The position numbers and the translations under genes were made by a program. DNA of 64,000 bases from Glaucostegus cemiculus (Eukaryota): assembly GCA_976551045.1 (NCBI GenBank), contig CDPCPM010000128.1:8184001-8248000 (forward strand). Reading direction: 5' to 3'. This document shows positions 35,287-47,500 of this stretch, in pieces. The notes under the pieces are model-generated. The model was not told where the DNA came from. It saw only the letters and a list, made by a program, of their open reading frames with translations, and did no database searches. Positions within the stretch are counted from its first letter, which is position 1; every line of letters begins with the position of its first letter.

Positions 35287-35491
35287 TCGAAATGTGAGCC
35301 CAAAACCACGATGGCAAAACCCAAGAATAACAACAGCAACTGCAAAAATATCACAGCTGATGAAAAATCAAAGGTTGCAGCGGGCGATGAATGCAGAGCA
35401 GAGGAACAGGCTTTCCTCGTCACCCTTTACAAGTATATGAAAGAAAGAAATACTCCAATAGAAAGGATACCGTATCTTGGATTTAAACAAA
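35287..35491 (+). CDS. ARID5B: ARID5B coding exon (human exon 6 equivalent), start of ARID domain
   Basis: tctcag|TCG...CAA A|gtaagt, 205 nt, phase 0 to 1. SKCEPKTTMAKPKNNNSNCKNITADEKSKVAAGDECRAEEQAFLVTLYKYMKERNTPIERIPYLGFKQ. Confidence 0.97.
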
Positions 35492-38400
35492 GTAAGTGTG
35501 ACCTTCTTTCTTTTATGACATCTTCCAAGAATTCATGACATTTGAAATGAGTAAAAATTTATTTCATATCCGATGGATGCGCTGACTGGGAATGATCAGG
35601 TGATGCATTATATTATTAATTTAAGGGATCTTTTGTACCAGGAACAGACTATTATCAGCAAGCAGGCTGTTGATGACCTTGTAAACTGGTTTGCATTTGT
35701 TTCTGGTCATCAGCTGGCATTTCTACAGACAGTTTCTGTTGAAATGCCTAATTTAGAGCCACTTGAAAGCCATGTGCAGAGAAGAATGAGGTTTCTCCTG
35801 GCATTGTTTATTGAATAAAGTGAAAACATTTTGCTCCCCCCCACAAAAGGGAATGTGTAGTGTAACACGAATGGAATTATCCCTTGTATTTAGTTCATCA
35901 CCAGGGATATCTACCCCTTCAACGAAGGAGGTGAAATCTGTAGTGACTATTGCTGGGTCCATTCTTGAACATTGAAAATGTGTTTACTGCTCGTTAAGAC
36001 TTTGTTAAAGCCAGTCATGAGAAGTATATGCATTATTATATGGCTCAACAAACTCAAAATATTCAGCTTGGTCATCATGGTAAGCAAAGAGGCAGCCTGT
36101 GTCCCTATGACTGTTGCTGGGTTTCTTAGAGGAAAGGTTAACTTGGAAGTTCAAAGACCCTTCAGAGCCACCCCAATGGTGCTTGGGACTTCACATGGCA
36201 GTAACAGCATCACTTCCTTACATAATTTAGATGCATTGCATCATATGTTCCAAACAGACCCCTATCAAACTGCAAACAACCAACCGATGCCCTCACTTTA
36301 TGTAACGTATGCACCTACAAGACCCTTACTGGAGGTCACGGAGTATGCAGGAAACTGCCCATTGTCAAGAATAAAGCCCTGCCATGATTTGTGCCCAGTT
36401 ACACATGTTGAGCCTGAGTAACAGCAGACAATGGCTGTGTTAGCTAAGTTGTTAGCGAACTGCTGGTGTTCCTGGGGTGCAAGGGATTGCGTGACTGCTT
36501 TTATTCATTCACTTCCCTGTATAACGGTTCTGTAGCACATCTAAATCAAGTGGGCTGTTCATTCATTGCACGTCTTGTTAGCGAACTGCTTGTGTCCTAT
36601 CACGCACACACTCCTGATTGTAGAGTAGATGGTCAGCTACATTATCAGTTCTTTTTACTCCAAAGGGCTTCTTTCTGAGGTAAATCTTTTTTCTGCAAAA
36701 TGATATCAGGCTACTGTACTACTCCATTGTTGGTTCTTAAGGAAGGCCATCAATGTCATCTGTATACAGGATGTTTAGAAGTCATTAATCTAACTGGAAG
36801 GCCTCTTGCTCTCAGGGGCTGGCCATAGTCTTGCATTGTGGATCCTCAAACAAGGTGGTCAGAATGTGTCCAGCATTGTGATGCCTACTGCAGGTCATCA
36901 CTGGTGTTGTCCCTTTAGAGGACTTGGTTCAGACTACCAGTCTCATTCAAGTGAGAGACTGCAATGCACTCCTTCCTGCTTGACTGTTACCCCTACTGTC
37001 AAGCTCAAGGAGTTGACTTGCTCTTGTTGCTCTACTTCAATGAAGTTCTACATAGGTCTGTGTCCTTAAAATGAATAAATGGCTTTTTTTTTCTATTTGA
37101 GGTGTTGAAAGGGATAGAAACTTTCAATCTAAATGGATTGCCAAATGAGCTGATAGGTTGAATTGCTTGCTCCTAGATACACACCATCTTTACAGCTCCT
37201 GTACTATTGCCCTGACTCTATGATTCCACAGAAGCATCATTATTATTTCTGCTTCAGTTGTATTTGTGTGGCAGCTTGATCTGAGGATGGTTGGGTTGTC
37301 TTGGTGCGCTCCAACTGTTATAGTTCCATTGAAGGACACCACGTTCCCGTTGCCTTAAGAACCATTAAGTGAATCATTAGGCTGGCCCTCCTCCTCTGCA
37401 CCCAGATATTTGATTCACTTGGCCTTGGGACCTGAGGGTACTCATCTCCAAATGAATGTTTTGACAGACTGCCTGTGCACAGTCCCATTTGGGTTACTCC
37501 ACATAACTTATTGTCACAAGCTTTGACTAACCACAGAGAATAATCCAGTCCAAAACTCGTGGACTGTCTGAATTTCCACCTTCTGAATTCATTCCACCAT
37601 TGAAGTTCTACCTTGTCCCTACTTGTGCAAATAAGAATTGGAAGGCGAAACTAAAGTTTGCTTGAAGGTGACTATGAATAGGAGCCAGGAGAAAACGGCC
37701 TTAAACAAGAGTAATAAAAAATATTCTCATTGAGATTTGAATGTTACTGGAAAACTGTCATGTGTTGTCCATCCTTTGTATTGAATTGCCTGCTTGGTCA
37801 TTTCAGCAGACAGCTTAAACTCAACAGGCTGGTGTGGGCTCGAATCAGATTTTAGGCCAGATTGGGTGAGGATGGCAGTCTTTATGCCGTGCAGGGCATT
37901 AATTAGATTTTCCAGTTTTATAAAACTGAATTCAAATTCTCAAGCTGGCATTGTGAGGTTTAAACTTTTATTTGGATCACTAGTCCAGTAACATAGCCAC
38001 CACACACTTGTATCTATAATTAAGTCTGTGCACACCTTTCACCACGCTGTCTCCATACGAGTAGAACGGTAACTCCAGCTGAGTAATTGGCAATGAAAAT
38101 TACCTCAGTGCAAATGGGTGTTTTGAGATCACCCCTAATTTCCCCTTTTAAAAGGAATTAAGGATGTAAAATGCAATTTGTTTTATCTTTGATCTGTGGA
38201 GCCTCTGAATGGTATTACCAGAGAAACTCATACTATTTAGAGCTTGCTGTGAGTCTCCTCAGGGTACTCATCAACAAAATGAGAGCATTCATATCTTGTT
38301 CTACTGCAGGCTATACTGAAGATCTTACGTGATGGGATTCAAGTTAGACTTAAGATCATGATAAGTCCAATAAAAACCATCTAAATGTAACTAATGTCTT

Positions 38401-38782
38401 TAGAGTTGCTTGATGTTCTCAAATTATACATGCATCCCCTTTTTTATTTAACAGCTAGTAATACAATCGATAATGCAAGTGCTTTATAATAATAGAGCCT
38501 GCTGAAGGCTTTAAATGATTATCTGTAGATATCTCTATTTGTCCTTTTCATGCCTTGGTGCTTGCTGACTTTCTAAGGATGCAGAGAGCATCATTTACCT
38601 CATGTCAAAATCCCCCATTAATTCATCAAAAGCTCACACTTATTCCTCTCGCTTCCCTTTCTGATAATCCCCTGGATGATCCATAGATTTGAGTATTGCT
38701 TCATTAGTAGCATTGAGAGTCCAGGTCAAAGTTACCAGCAATCTGCCCTGCAATATGAAACTTCATAACGTTATCCTATGTT

Positions 38783-39020
38783 AAATTTAAATTTTATTTA
38801 CAGCGTGGTAACAGGCCCTTTTGGCCCAACGAATCCGCGCCGCCCATTTTAAACCCCCTACCCGTATGTCTTTAGAATGTGGGAGGAAACCGGAGCACCC
38901 AGAGGAAACCCACGCAGACACGGCAGAACGTACAAACTCCTTACAGTCAGCGACGGGAATCGAACCCCTTCGCTGGCGCTGTAACAGCGTCGCGCTAACC
39001 GCTACGCTATCGTGCTGCCC
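38783..39020 (-). mobile_element. Young V-SINE with intact Pol III boxes
   Basis: Minus strand A box TAGCGTAGCGG, B box GGTTCGATTCC, V-domain GTGGGTTTCCTCTGGGTGCTCCGGTTTCCTCCCACA, CR1-type tail. Many CpGs retained; possible TSD atgtt. Confidence 0.92.
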
Positions 39021-39959
39021 AATGTTCTCAGCTTGCCCATAAGCTTCAACATACTCGTTTATTCCATTGTCCCTGTGCCCCACCACCTTGTCTACCATGG
39101 TCCACTTCCTGTATCCAGCCCAACTTCTCCCCACGTTGCCAGCACATTAACCTCAGTGGTCCTCTGCTCTACTCTCTGGTCATCCAGCCTCTGGATCACC
39201 TGAAAATCTTGCTTCCTATTCCCCAATTACATATTATTGCTTTGTACGGCTTTCAATCGGATACTGATGTCACGTAGCAATCCTATTTTCACTTCCACTT
39301 GCTCTCTTTTTCTCTCTCACTTTGTCTTCTCTCTTCCTCTCCTGCCCCTGTATTAGCATTGAACAGGTTGTGGATGAATCTAGATTTTTTTCTAAGTGTA
39401 TATAAAGAACACAGCAGGCACCCCTTTTGCCCTCACACTACAAGCCCTGTCCCTGACCATTCATTGCTGCCTGATCAGATCAAAGGAGATGAGATTCTGC
39501 ATTCTGTTCATCCCTGAGTTGAACCGCAAACTCTTTTCCAATACCAAATCTGCTTGCACCTACCCAAGGCAACGTGCTCTTCAGCCCTCCATGACTAGTA
39601 ATCATTACCTCCAGATATGATGTTGCCATCTTCTTTCTCCCTGTTATCTAAGCTTTAGTCTGTTGTATTCCTCCAAAGTGCCTGTGTCACTAGTTTAGCA
39701 TTAGGTACTGCTAACCCATGATAGTACAGTAAACTATCCCCAGCTAAATCAGGTTTAAACATTTTGTTCTTGTTTTCAAATTCACCATGGCTTGCATGCA
39801 GTTGCCCAAATTCTCAGCTCTACATATTTGGATCTCTTATGGAACCCAAACCACCCAACCTCAAATGGTGGAAATCAGCTCTTTGTGGAATTACTTCCTC
39901 AACCTAATCTGGTCTCTTTGGTCTTGAATCTGACAGTGGAGATTTGATTGAGCTACACT

Positions 39960-40910
39960 TGGTTGAATAGGAAGAGCAGGGCTCTTCACCTTGTGGTTTG
40001 AAACAACAGAGCTTTAACAGCCCCCAGTCTTTGCTCTCTGATCACGTACAAAAACAAAAGGTAGCTGCAAATTGGGTTATCACCAGGCATGGATGGACTG
40101 CTATTATCTTAAAGCAAACCCAATATTATTTGACTCGTAGTTTAACAGAGCTGTTGAAGAATATTGGTGTCAAAGAATGTTTTTGGTTCAGGCAGAGAGA
40201 TTCATCATAGGATCAAAACTACATTCTCCCTTGTTTCTTTTTTTTGTGACAATGGGGTGACCTGAGTATTTCCTTACCAGCTGACCACCTGGTTTATCTG
40301 GTAGTTAACTGGTTCTTTTTTTATATATATGTCTGGTACTTGTATTTATGTGCGCCTTGCTTTGCTGCCTTTTACTTTCGACTTTGATAATAGGCACTAT
40401 TACACATAATAGCTATAATCCATAATGATAGGAATGAGTACATTCATAGTTATAGAGTTGGACTGATAATACAGCTCCTTGTACCTTCTGCAGTGGGCAC
40501 TAGGAAACATTAACATGGTACCTACGTCCTTGATTTTGAAAACGAGATCTTCCAGCAGTACACATGGGGAGAGTAAGTTGTAGCTGAGTAGGTGATTTAT
40601 TGGTTGCCAGGAGATAATGTCTTCTGGCACCCCTTGATGGCCATGTCTGATTTTTTTTTAATTGGGTGGGGGATTGGATGGAGGTATCCCACCATGAAAT
40701 AACTAGTGCACTGATCAACAAAGCGAGGGCAGAGGATCCTGTAATGTGTGGTGGTCTGACGAGGAGTAGGGGACCATCCCAACAAAGCAGAAGATCAGTC
40801 TTGCTACAGGACATGGTGAACAAACTGTTCCGAGTCACTACACCATGGTGAATGTGTAAAATCTTTCACCTTGTTAACATAGTTTAGATAAGGTGATTCT
40901 CAATCATGCA
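39960..40910 (-). mobile_element. Ancient CR1-like LINE endonuclease-region remnant
   Basis: Broken minus-strand peptides (HVL*QD, ISWW, RGARRHYLLATNKSP) resemble APE-domain motifs. Heavily decayed. Confidence 0.35.
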
Positions 40911-40914
40911 TCAG

Positions 40915-41290
40915 CCATGAGATCTTAAATCTGGATCTTGTTGATAACTGTAGGTTGGAGTCGAACTGCAGAGACTTGGGCACTTCACCCAGACTGATAC
41001 CACTGCAGTACTGAGGGGTGATCGTACTGTTGGAAGGGCTGTTATTTGATTGAGACATTTAAATTTATTTTCCAATGCTGCTTGACAGGCAGGGAGTTCT
41101 CCCAGTACGTAGGCCAATATTTATTTTCCAACCAACATCACTGAAACAGGTGATCTGATCTCATTACAGTTTGTGGGAATTTGCTGAGTGCAACTTGGCT
41201 GTCTTTTCTCATGCAGTTATAATGGCAACTACATTTCATAGGGTTTGGAATGTCCCAAGATTGTGACGGATGCTATAGGAATCTTCAATT
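40915..41290 (+). mobile_element. Deu-domain SINE
   Basis: gagacttgggcac...ctgataccactgcagtactgagggg...gagacattta...ggccaatatttattttccaaccaacatcactgaaacag...gtgggaatttgctg. Confidence 0.75.
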
Positions 41291-42370
41291 TACCTGAAAC
41301 GCTTGGGTGCACATTGCATCTCCCTATGTTGATGGCCAAGTTAAAATCGTGGGCTTTGGTGATCCAATACCATTTATTAAATAACCAGAGAAACCAGTTT
41401 CTAAGTAAAGCACATTTTTCTCTAAATTGGATCCCATCCTCTTTGTATGCTACTATTTGTGCTGCAATAACACTAATGCCGATTGGGATAGCCTGAAAAA
41501 CTTGAGGCAGTGGTCAAAAAGTGCACAGACATGTGGTACAACAAGACCTGCATGCTGCGAGCCAGCAGTTGCGTGCACACTCACAGCTGCTACATCATTG
41601 CCTTGGCCACTACAGGGAAGTGAGTTGGAGCTCAAAGAGCTCTGGTCATGGCAGCCACAGTTCAGTGGCAACAAAAGCAGCCATGGGGGTGAGGGAAGAC
41701 ACGGAGGGCCCTCTGTATCAGTATCAACCCTGCACTGAACTGGCCATGAGTGGCCCCAAGCCACTGCAAGGCTCAGGCTGATTAAGGGACTCTGACAACA
41801 ATATGCAGGCAGAAACATCTAAACATAGAGGCTGTGATCAGTGAAGGGAACATTAACGCTAACCATTGTAAACTGAGGCTGGCAGATGCTAGGTGCAAGA
41901 TGCCACTGTCACAGTACAAACCTGTGGCTGTCTCATTTGCAGTCCCTCTACAATGGTGCTCCTGGTATTCTCTCTGAGTGCCATAGGATTTCCACAGAAG
42001 CACCAATTTCTGCAGACAGTGGAGGAAATACATAGCAAGTAGCCTGTGATGTCATTGAGTGCCTGGCTGATGCCAGTCAAATCTCAGCTGTACACAAAGT
42101 GCCCAGCCCAATTTCCTGATGGGCATGATCTCTCTGGAAGTGATCGGTAGCACAATTTACCATGGGCAAAACTGCTTCTATGCATGATGTACACGTTAAT
42201 AATGTGTACAAACGAGTATAGTTTCTTGTCTGTTCTTAGAATTAATATCTCATTAGTTAAGTGTATGATTTACAAAAAAAAATTATTGGCTAATATTAAC
42301 TCTTATACAAATATATTCAGTTCCTACTTTTTCTTTCTGGAATTCTTACACTTATTGTTCTTTTTAACAG

Positions 42371-42423
42371 TTAACCTTTGGACTATGTTTCAAGCAGCCC
42401 AAAATCTAGGAGGATATGAAGCG
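42371..42423 (+). CDS. ARID5B: ARID5B coding exon (human exon 7 equivalent), ARID domain
   Basis: tttttaacag|TT AAC...GCG|gtaagt, 53 nt, phase 1 to 0. (I)NLWTMFQAAQNLGGYEA. Confidence 0.97.
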
Positions 42424-43104
42424 GTAAGTCCAGTATTGCTTCACTAAAGATCACGCTCTGTAACATTTGCTTCTTTCGGTCCTGTCATTCAGCAGTTTAT
42501 ATAAATAAACAGTGGTGATGACAAATTCTTAGAATGGCTGCAATCATTCTGAGTGTGTTTTAAAAGATTCTTTTTTTTTGCACAGAGGCTACAGATTAGA
42601 TCCAGATTTAGAATGGAGCAGATTTATTGTAAAAAGCTATAAGTGGAAAACACATGTAACAGCTCCTCTGTCAAGGAAAGAAGTGAGCTCTGTAATTTTT
42701 TCCCATGTTGCCTCTCAAAGGGGACAATTATAAAGCCAAGCCAAGACTGTAGAAAGGAATTTTTACTTGGCTGCTTACTTGGCATCTGTTCATTTGTAAT
42801 ATGGGAAAGTATTAATGGCTGAAAAGTGAGTCAGTAATGGTTGTTAAAGAATTGTAAAGACCATTTGTCAGTTGTTTTTTTTGACAAGCTAATATGGAAT
42901 ATTAAAAACCATCAGTACACTAAGCAATGACGTCCACATCCTTTGCTTGTCTGGTCAGTCAGTAGGAGATTAATACAGTCTGTATATAGAATGATTAACA
43001 TTTTTTTTAGACCAACTGTTGAAGTACTAATATTTCAGCTATTTGTGCAGGAAAAAAGCTGCCGATTAAAAATGACTTTTAAATACACTAGTCTTGGGTG
43101 TTGA

Positions 43105-43685
43105 TCATGGGTTAGTCAGTGAAACTCTCACCACTGAGTTCAAAGAGTGTGGATTCAAGTCTCGCTCCAGAAATACAAGCAGAAAATTTAGAATGGCATT
43201 TTAGTATGGTGCTGTTCGCTGTTATATGTCAGATGAGATGTTAAACCAAGTCCTCTTTTAAAGGATTTAAAAGCATAACAAGTTCAAGAGGTGGTGCATT
43301 TCAGGTGTTTAAAATGAATAGATATCGTACGTAGGGATAAGTAATTTCTTCTGTTGGAGAAGAGGGTTCAGAATGTAAGTTTATAATAAAATTAGGCCAT
43401 TAACGGGTGAAGGCAAAAAGTACTTTGCATAAAGGGTAGAGAAACTCTGGAACCTTTTCTGCCCCTCCCAAATCCAGGGGTCAGTTGAAAATTTCATAGT
43501 AGAGATTGATAAATTTTTATTGGGCTTATGGGTAAATGAAGATTTAAAAAAAAACATTCCACTCTGTTTGTGGCACTATGTAATGCACAGATTGGGTGTC
43601 ATATTTGCCAGCGTTAAGTTACTGCCCTCAAAGTTGGTGAATAAATATGTTGGTGATGTGATTCAACAGAAATGCAAATTCTACT
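43105..43685 (+). mobile_element. Deu-domain SINE split by a CR1 fragment (~43265-43545)
   Basis: Head ctctcaccactgagttcaaagagtgtggattcaagtctcgctccaga, cagatgagatgttaaacc; CR1 piece aagggtagagaaactctggaac...gtagagattgataaattttt. Confidence 0.6.
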
Positions 43686-45848
43686 TTTACAGTAATCTCT
43701 CCAGATATTGAACAGTGGGTGAATTATAATGTTATTATTCTAGTGATAGATATCTAGAAAAGCTATTTTTGTATCTTTGGAATAGGGGAACTAACATTTT
43801 TGATAACTGAAAAACCAGTTTTATTTCGGGTGAGGCAAATGTCTTGCAAGAGGGGAAATTTCATAAAAGATCATGAGATGTGATATCAGCGAAGTATAAA
43901 TGCCAGATACTGCTTACATCAGATGTAGGAGGTTATAAATTTCCATTATGTTATCTTTGGGCATGATACAATAATGCTTTCACTTGCCACTGTTTTTTCT
44001 TTCTCCGTTCTGCTCTATCTGTGTCATTCCCTCTCTTGTTCACTTTCTGCTCCCTCTGCTTCTCCCACCCACTCTTTCTCACTTAGCTCCATTTCTCGTG
44101 GTCTGATATTTTAACAGAATATTAATCTGATAGTGAATGGGCTGCCACAATCTAAGTAATTTCAGCTCCGGGCACAGATATGAAATGTTTAGCCACTGCA
44201 TTGTACACAAAGAAGATTATGTTTGCTTTGTGCTCAGCGTCAAGAATTTATAATGTGTGTATTCATACAGCTTGATAACCACCAGTTTGTTAACAAAGCA
44301 TAAAAGCCCACTTCATAATAGAAAGTTATAAATATTATTTACTGATAGTAGAAAATGTAATTGCTAGCGAATGGATGCAAGAAGCAGCATTGTTTCTGAA
44401 AACAAACTCTTTTGTTTGTTTTAATAATAACAGTACCCCCGTTGCCTAGGTTTTCCATTACAGCCTTTAGTAATGAAATTCCATTGACGATTGCACTGCG
44501 CAAAAGCCCATTTTCTCTACATGATACACTGTTCTCATACAGGGCTTTTATGCAAATCAGGCTACAGTGGAGCTGCGTTTCCTTTTTGCGAGGCCCTTCT
44601 GAATATGTGACTCATGAACAATGGTTATGTCTTGTAAAAATTGAATAAGCATTGTGAAATATGACTGCATATCAAGGAGATGCAAATTGAAATATAAAAG
44701 GAGTGCCTTGTAACAAAATCCTGGCACTGAACAGAAAATCAATATATTCTTGTGCATCCTTTTAGTCATCCTTGCATTATCAAGGCTTGCACATGATTCA
44801 CACTGTGTTCAAACCCAGGTTTACTACTGGTGAAGAGCATTTATAGCCTTGCACCAATGCTGAGTGGGTGTTGATATTTTGAAGTGAAGCAAACTGAACC
44901 CTCCCTCCGCTGCAGAGAGTTGAAATGATTTTTCTGATGATTCAGGCGGGCTCTGACATCAGATTTGGGTTGTGGCTAAAACCATTTCACAGACAGCAAT
45001 ATTGCTCAAGAGTAAGTGGAAGCATTTATCACCTTCACTGATGGGCTGAACTGGAAATTCTCATAATCCCAACACACAAAAACAGACCTTCAAATATTAA
45101 CCATGCCCCCAAATCAGTGCAAGTGAAAAATTCGGCAAACGCTGTAATGGCTGTGAAAGTGCAGCATCACCCATTCACAGTCCAAATTGAGAACTTTCAT
45201 CAATTGCTCCTTTAGAAAGAAACTTCTGTGGGTCCTTTTAAAAAGTTTCCATTTTCAGTCAGACTGATACAAGTCAGGCATTCTCTCAAATGGTGCATGG
45301 CTGAAAGGATTCTGTTAGTTCTTCCATCCATAAGAATAATGTTTAATGTCATGTGGAGCAGATTTAAACAGTTTGATTTGCACCAGCTATCAAGTGCCCA
45401 GGGGATGAGTTACTGACTTGTTGCCACAGGTGGAGGGAATCAATGGATCACAGTGATAGGTGGGTGACTGAGTTGCTCACGTCCACCCTCTGGTGGCTGT
45501 TCATGGAGGGAGCATCATTGGACCCAGCTGAGAATCATATTGCCTTTAACACTGAGATGGTGCATGAAGCAGAATTAGGTACAGAGGAGTAAAATAGACT
45601 TTGGGGGGGGGAAAAAATTCGAGGTTTGGAAAGAAAATATTCCTTTGGAATAAATGGCAGACTTAAAGTTTTTGTGTTTGTGAAACTCCATCTCTCACTC
45701 CCTTGTTTCCAGAATTTTTGGATTGTCTTGGTATCTTTCTGAGCTGTATAGAAATACTGCTGGCTGGGGAGCAGGAAATGGTTTGGGTTGGGGCAAGGAG
45801 GGTCTAGCTACATCTATAATATCCAGCAGGACATTATTACTGATAAGT

Positions 45849-46152
45849 TAGATATAGATATTTATTAGTCACATGTACATTGAAACACACAGTGAAATGC
45901 ATCTTGTTGCATTACTGAGAATGTGCTGGGGGCAGCCTGCAAGTGTCACCACTCTTCTGGTGCCAACGTAGCATGCCCACCGCTCCTAACCTGTACACCT
46001 TTGGAATGTGGGAGGAAACCGGAGCACCCGGAGGAAACCCACACAGACATGGGGAGAACATACAGACTCCTTGCAGATAGCAGCCGGAATTGAACCCATA
46101 ACGCTGGCTCTGTAGTAGCGTTACGCTAACTGCTACGCTACTGTGTCGACCC
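45849..46152 (-). mobile_element. V-SINE with Rex-like (non-CR1) 3' tail
   Basis: A box TAGCGTAGCAG, B box GGTTCAATTCC, near-perfect V-domain, then ...gcatttcactgtgtgtttcaatgtacatgtgactaataaatatctatatcta. Confidence 0.88.
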
Positions 46153-46499
46153 AGCAGAGCCATTGTAATCAACTGTGGGGCTCACCAGGTGAGAGAGGAT
46201 CATTATAGTCACACAGTACAGATAAAGGTCCCACAACCCATATTGATCATCAAACGCTCAACTACACTAATCCTGCACTAATCCTGTTTTATTCTCCTTA
46301 CATTCCCATCAACTCTTTCCATCTGATTGGTCTTACCTTGAACTAGGCAGCTTCCTCTGGAGTTGCATGTTAAAATCCTGTAAACAGGACAACTGTGTGT
46401 TACATGGGGATAGTTCCCCAGGTCAGGTTATGTAGCCTGTAGTGGGAGGGCAACAGTCGGACTTTCATCTAACACTGGCTTTTGCTGTGATTGTGGCAG

Positions 46500-46597
46500 A
46501 TAACCGCGCGTCGGCAGTGGAAGCAGATCTATGACGAATTAGGAGGTAACCCTGGAAGCACCAGTGCAGCAACGTGTACTCGCAGACATTACGAGAG
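46500..46597 (+). CDS. ARID5B: ARID5B coding exon (human exon 8 equivalent), ARID domain
   Basis: Branch point ctaac near 46469; gtggcag|ATA...GAG AG|gtaaga, 98 nt, phase 0 to 2. ITARRQWKQIYDELGGNPGSTSAATCTRRHYE(R). Confidence 0.97.
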
Positions 46598-47084
46598 GTA
46601 AGAGTCTGTCTGTTTGGGATAAAAATGCACACGTTCACAGACCTATTCGTTCAGCTCCTTTTGCACCAGGGTCACTGGACTTTACAAACTCTCGAGCACC
46701 ACATCCGAAAGGAATTCCATTTTGTCAGTGAAGCTTGTTTTAATCATGAAATTGCTGGTTGAAAATTTCACACTGGCAGCTGGAATTGCCTCGATTATAG
46801 AAACTGCTCGACTCTTTTATTCTCATTGGTTTCAATGGAACTAAAAATGGGATGGTTGATTTACCCAGATATCTGAACTGCATGGTCTTTCAGTCCTACT
46901 TTATATATCAGTATCTGACCCACATGACCTACTTATCCCAGGGAATTATTTTTCAACACTAATCTCGGCCAATTGATCCATAGTGCTAGTTACTTTGGGC
47001 AGCTAGCCTGCAGCTCTAGTTAATTCCTGGTGATTGATCTGCAGCATGAGTTATATTTAGTCAACTAATCTAGAGGACTGGTTT

Positions 47085-47356
47085 CATCAGTGGGAGAGTC
47101 GCAGACAAGGGGACATGGCTACAAAATAAGGGGCCGGCCATTTAAAACTGAGGTCTTCTCTCATAGGGTTAGTGACTCTCAGGAACACTGTACCGTCGAG
47201 GGTAGTGGAGATGGATAAATATTTGAAAGATGGGTGGCTGTGGGGAACTGGCACAGAAGAGCAGTTGAACCCAGCAAAGATCAGCCATAATCATGTTGAA
47301 TGATGAGGCAGGTTTGAGGGCCCTGGTGGCCTACTCAGGTTCCTATTTCTTGTGTT
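47085..47356 (+). mobile_element. CR1 LINE 3' end
   Basis: aaggggacatggctacaaaataaggggccggccatttaaaactgagg...ggcctactcaggttcctatttcttgtgtt, same family as 27450-27745. Confidence 0.85.
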
Positions 47357-47399
47357 AATTCAAGATGATTAATTTTGTGTCTCTCAGTGTTTGTTTCTT

Positions 47400-47500
47400 T
47401 TTTTAATGTGATGAGCACCTTGACCTGTGAAGTATGGTATTTTGCTCCAATGCATGCTGAATGTGTATATAGTAGTGACAATAAAACTGATTCTGATTCA
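47400..47500 (+). mobile_element. Rex-like LINE extreme 3' end
   Basis: gtgacaataaaa followed by a (ctgatt)n tail. Confidence 0.5.

Noticed and set aside
35212-35538. ORFs 35212-35538, 42184-42447 and 57710-58000 as stand-alone genes
   Set aside because: Each contains one ARID5B exon plus intronic read-through. Splice sites define the true limits.
35830-37070. 149-aa ORF at 35972-36421 and neighbouring ORFs
   Set aside because: No known protein motifs or exon context. Faint antisense LINE-like fragments suggest an ancient repeat, too weak to annotate.
38940-39020. tRNA gene
   Set aside because: The A/B boxes belong to a SINE head that continues into a V-domain and LINE-type tail; no cloverleaf is evident.
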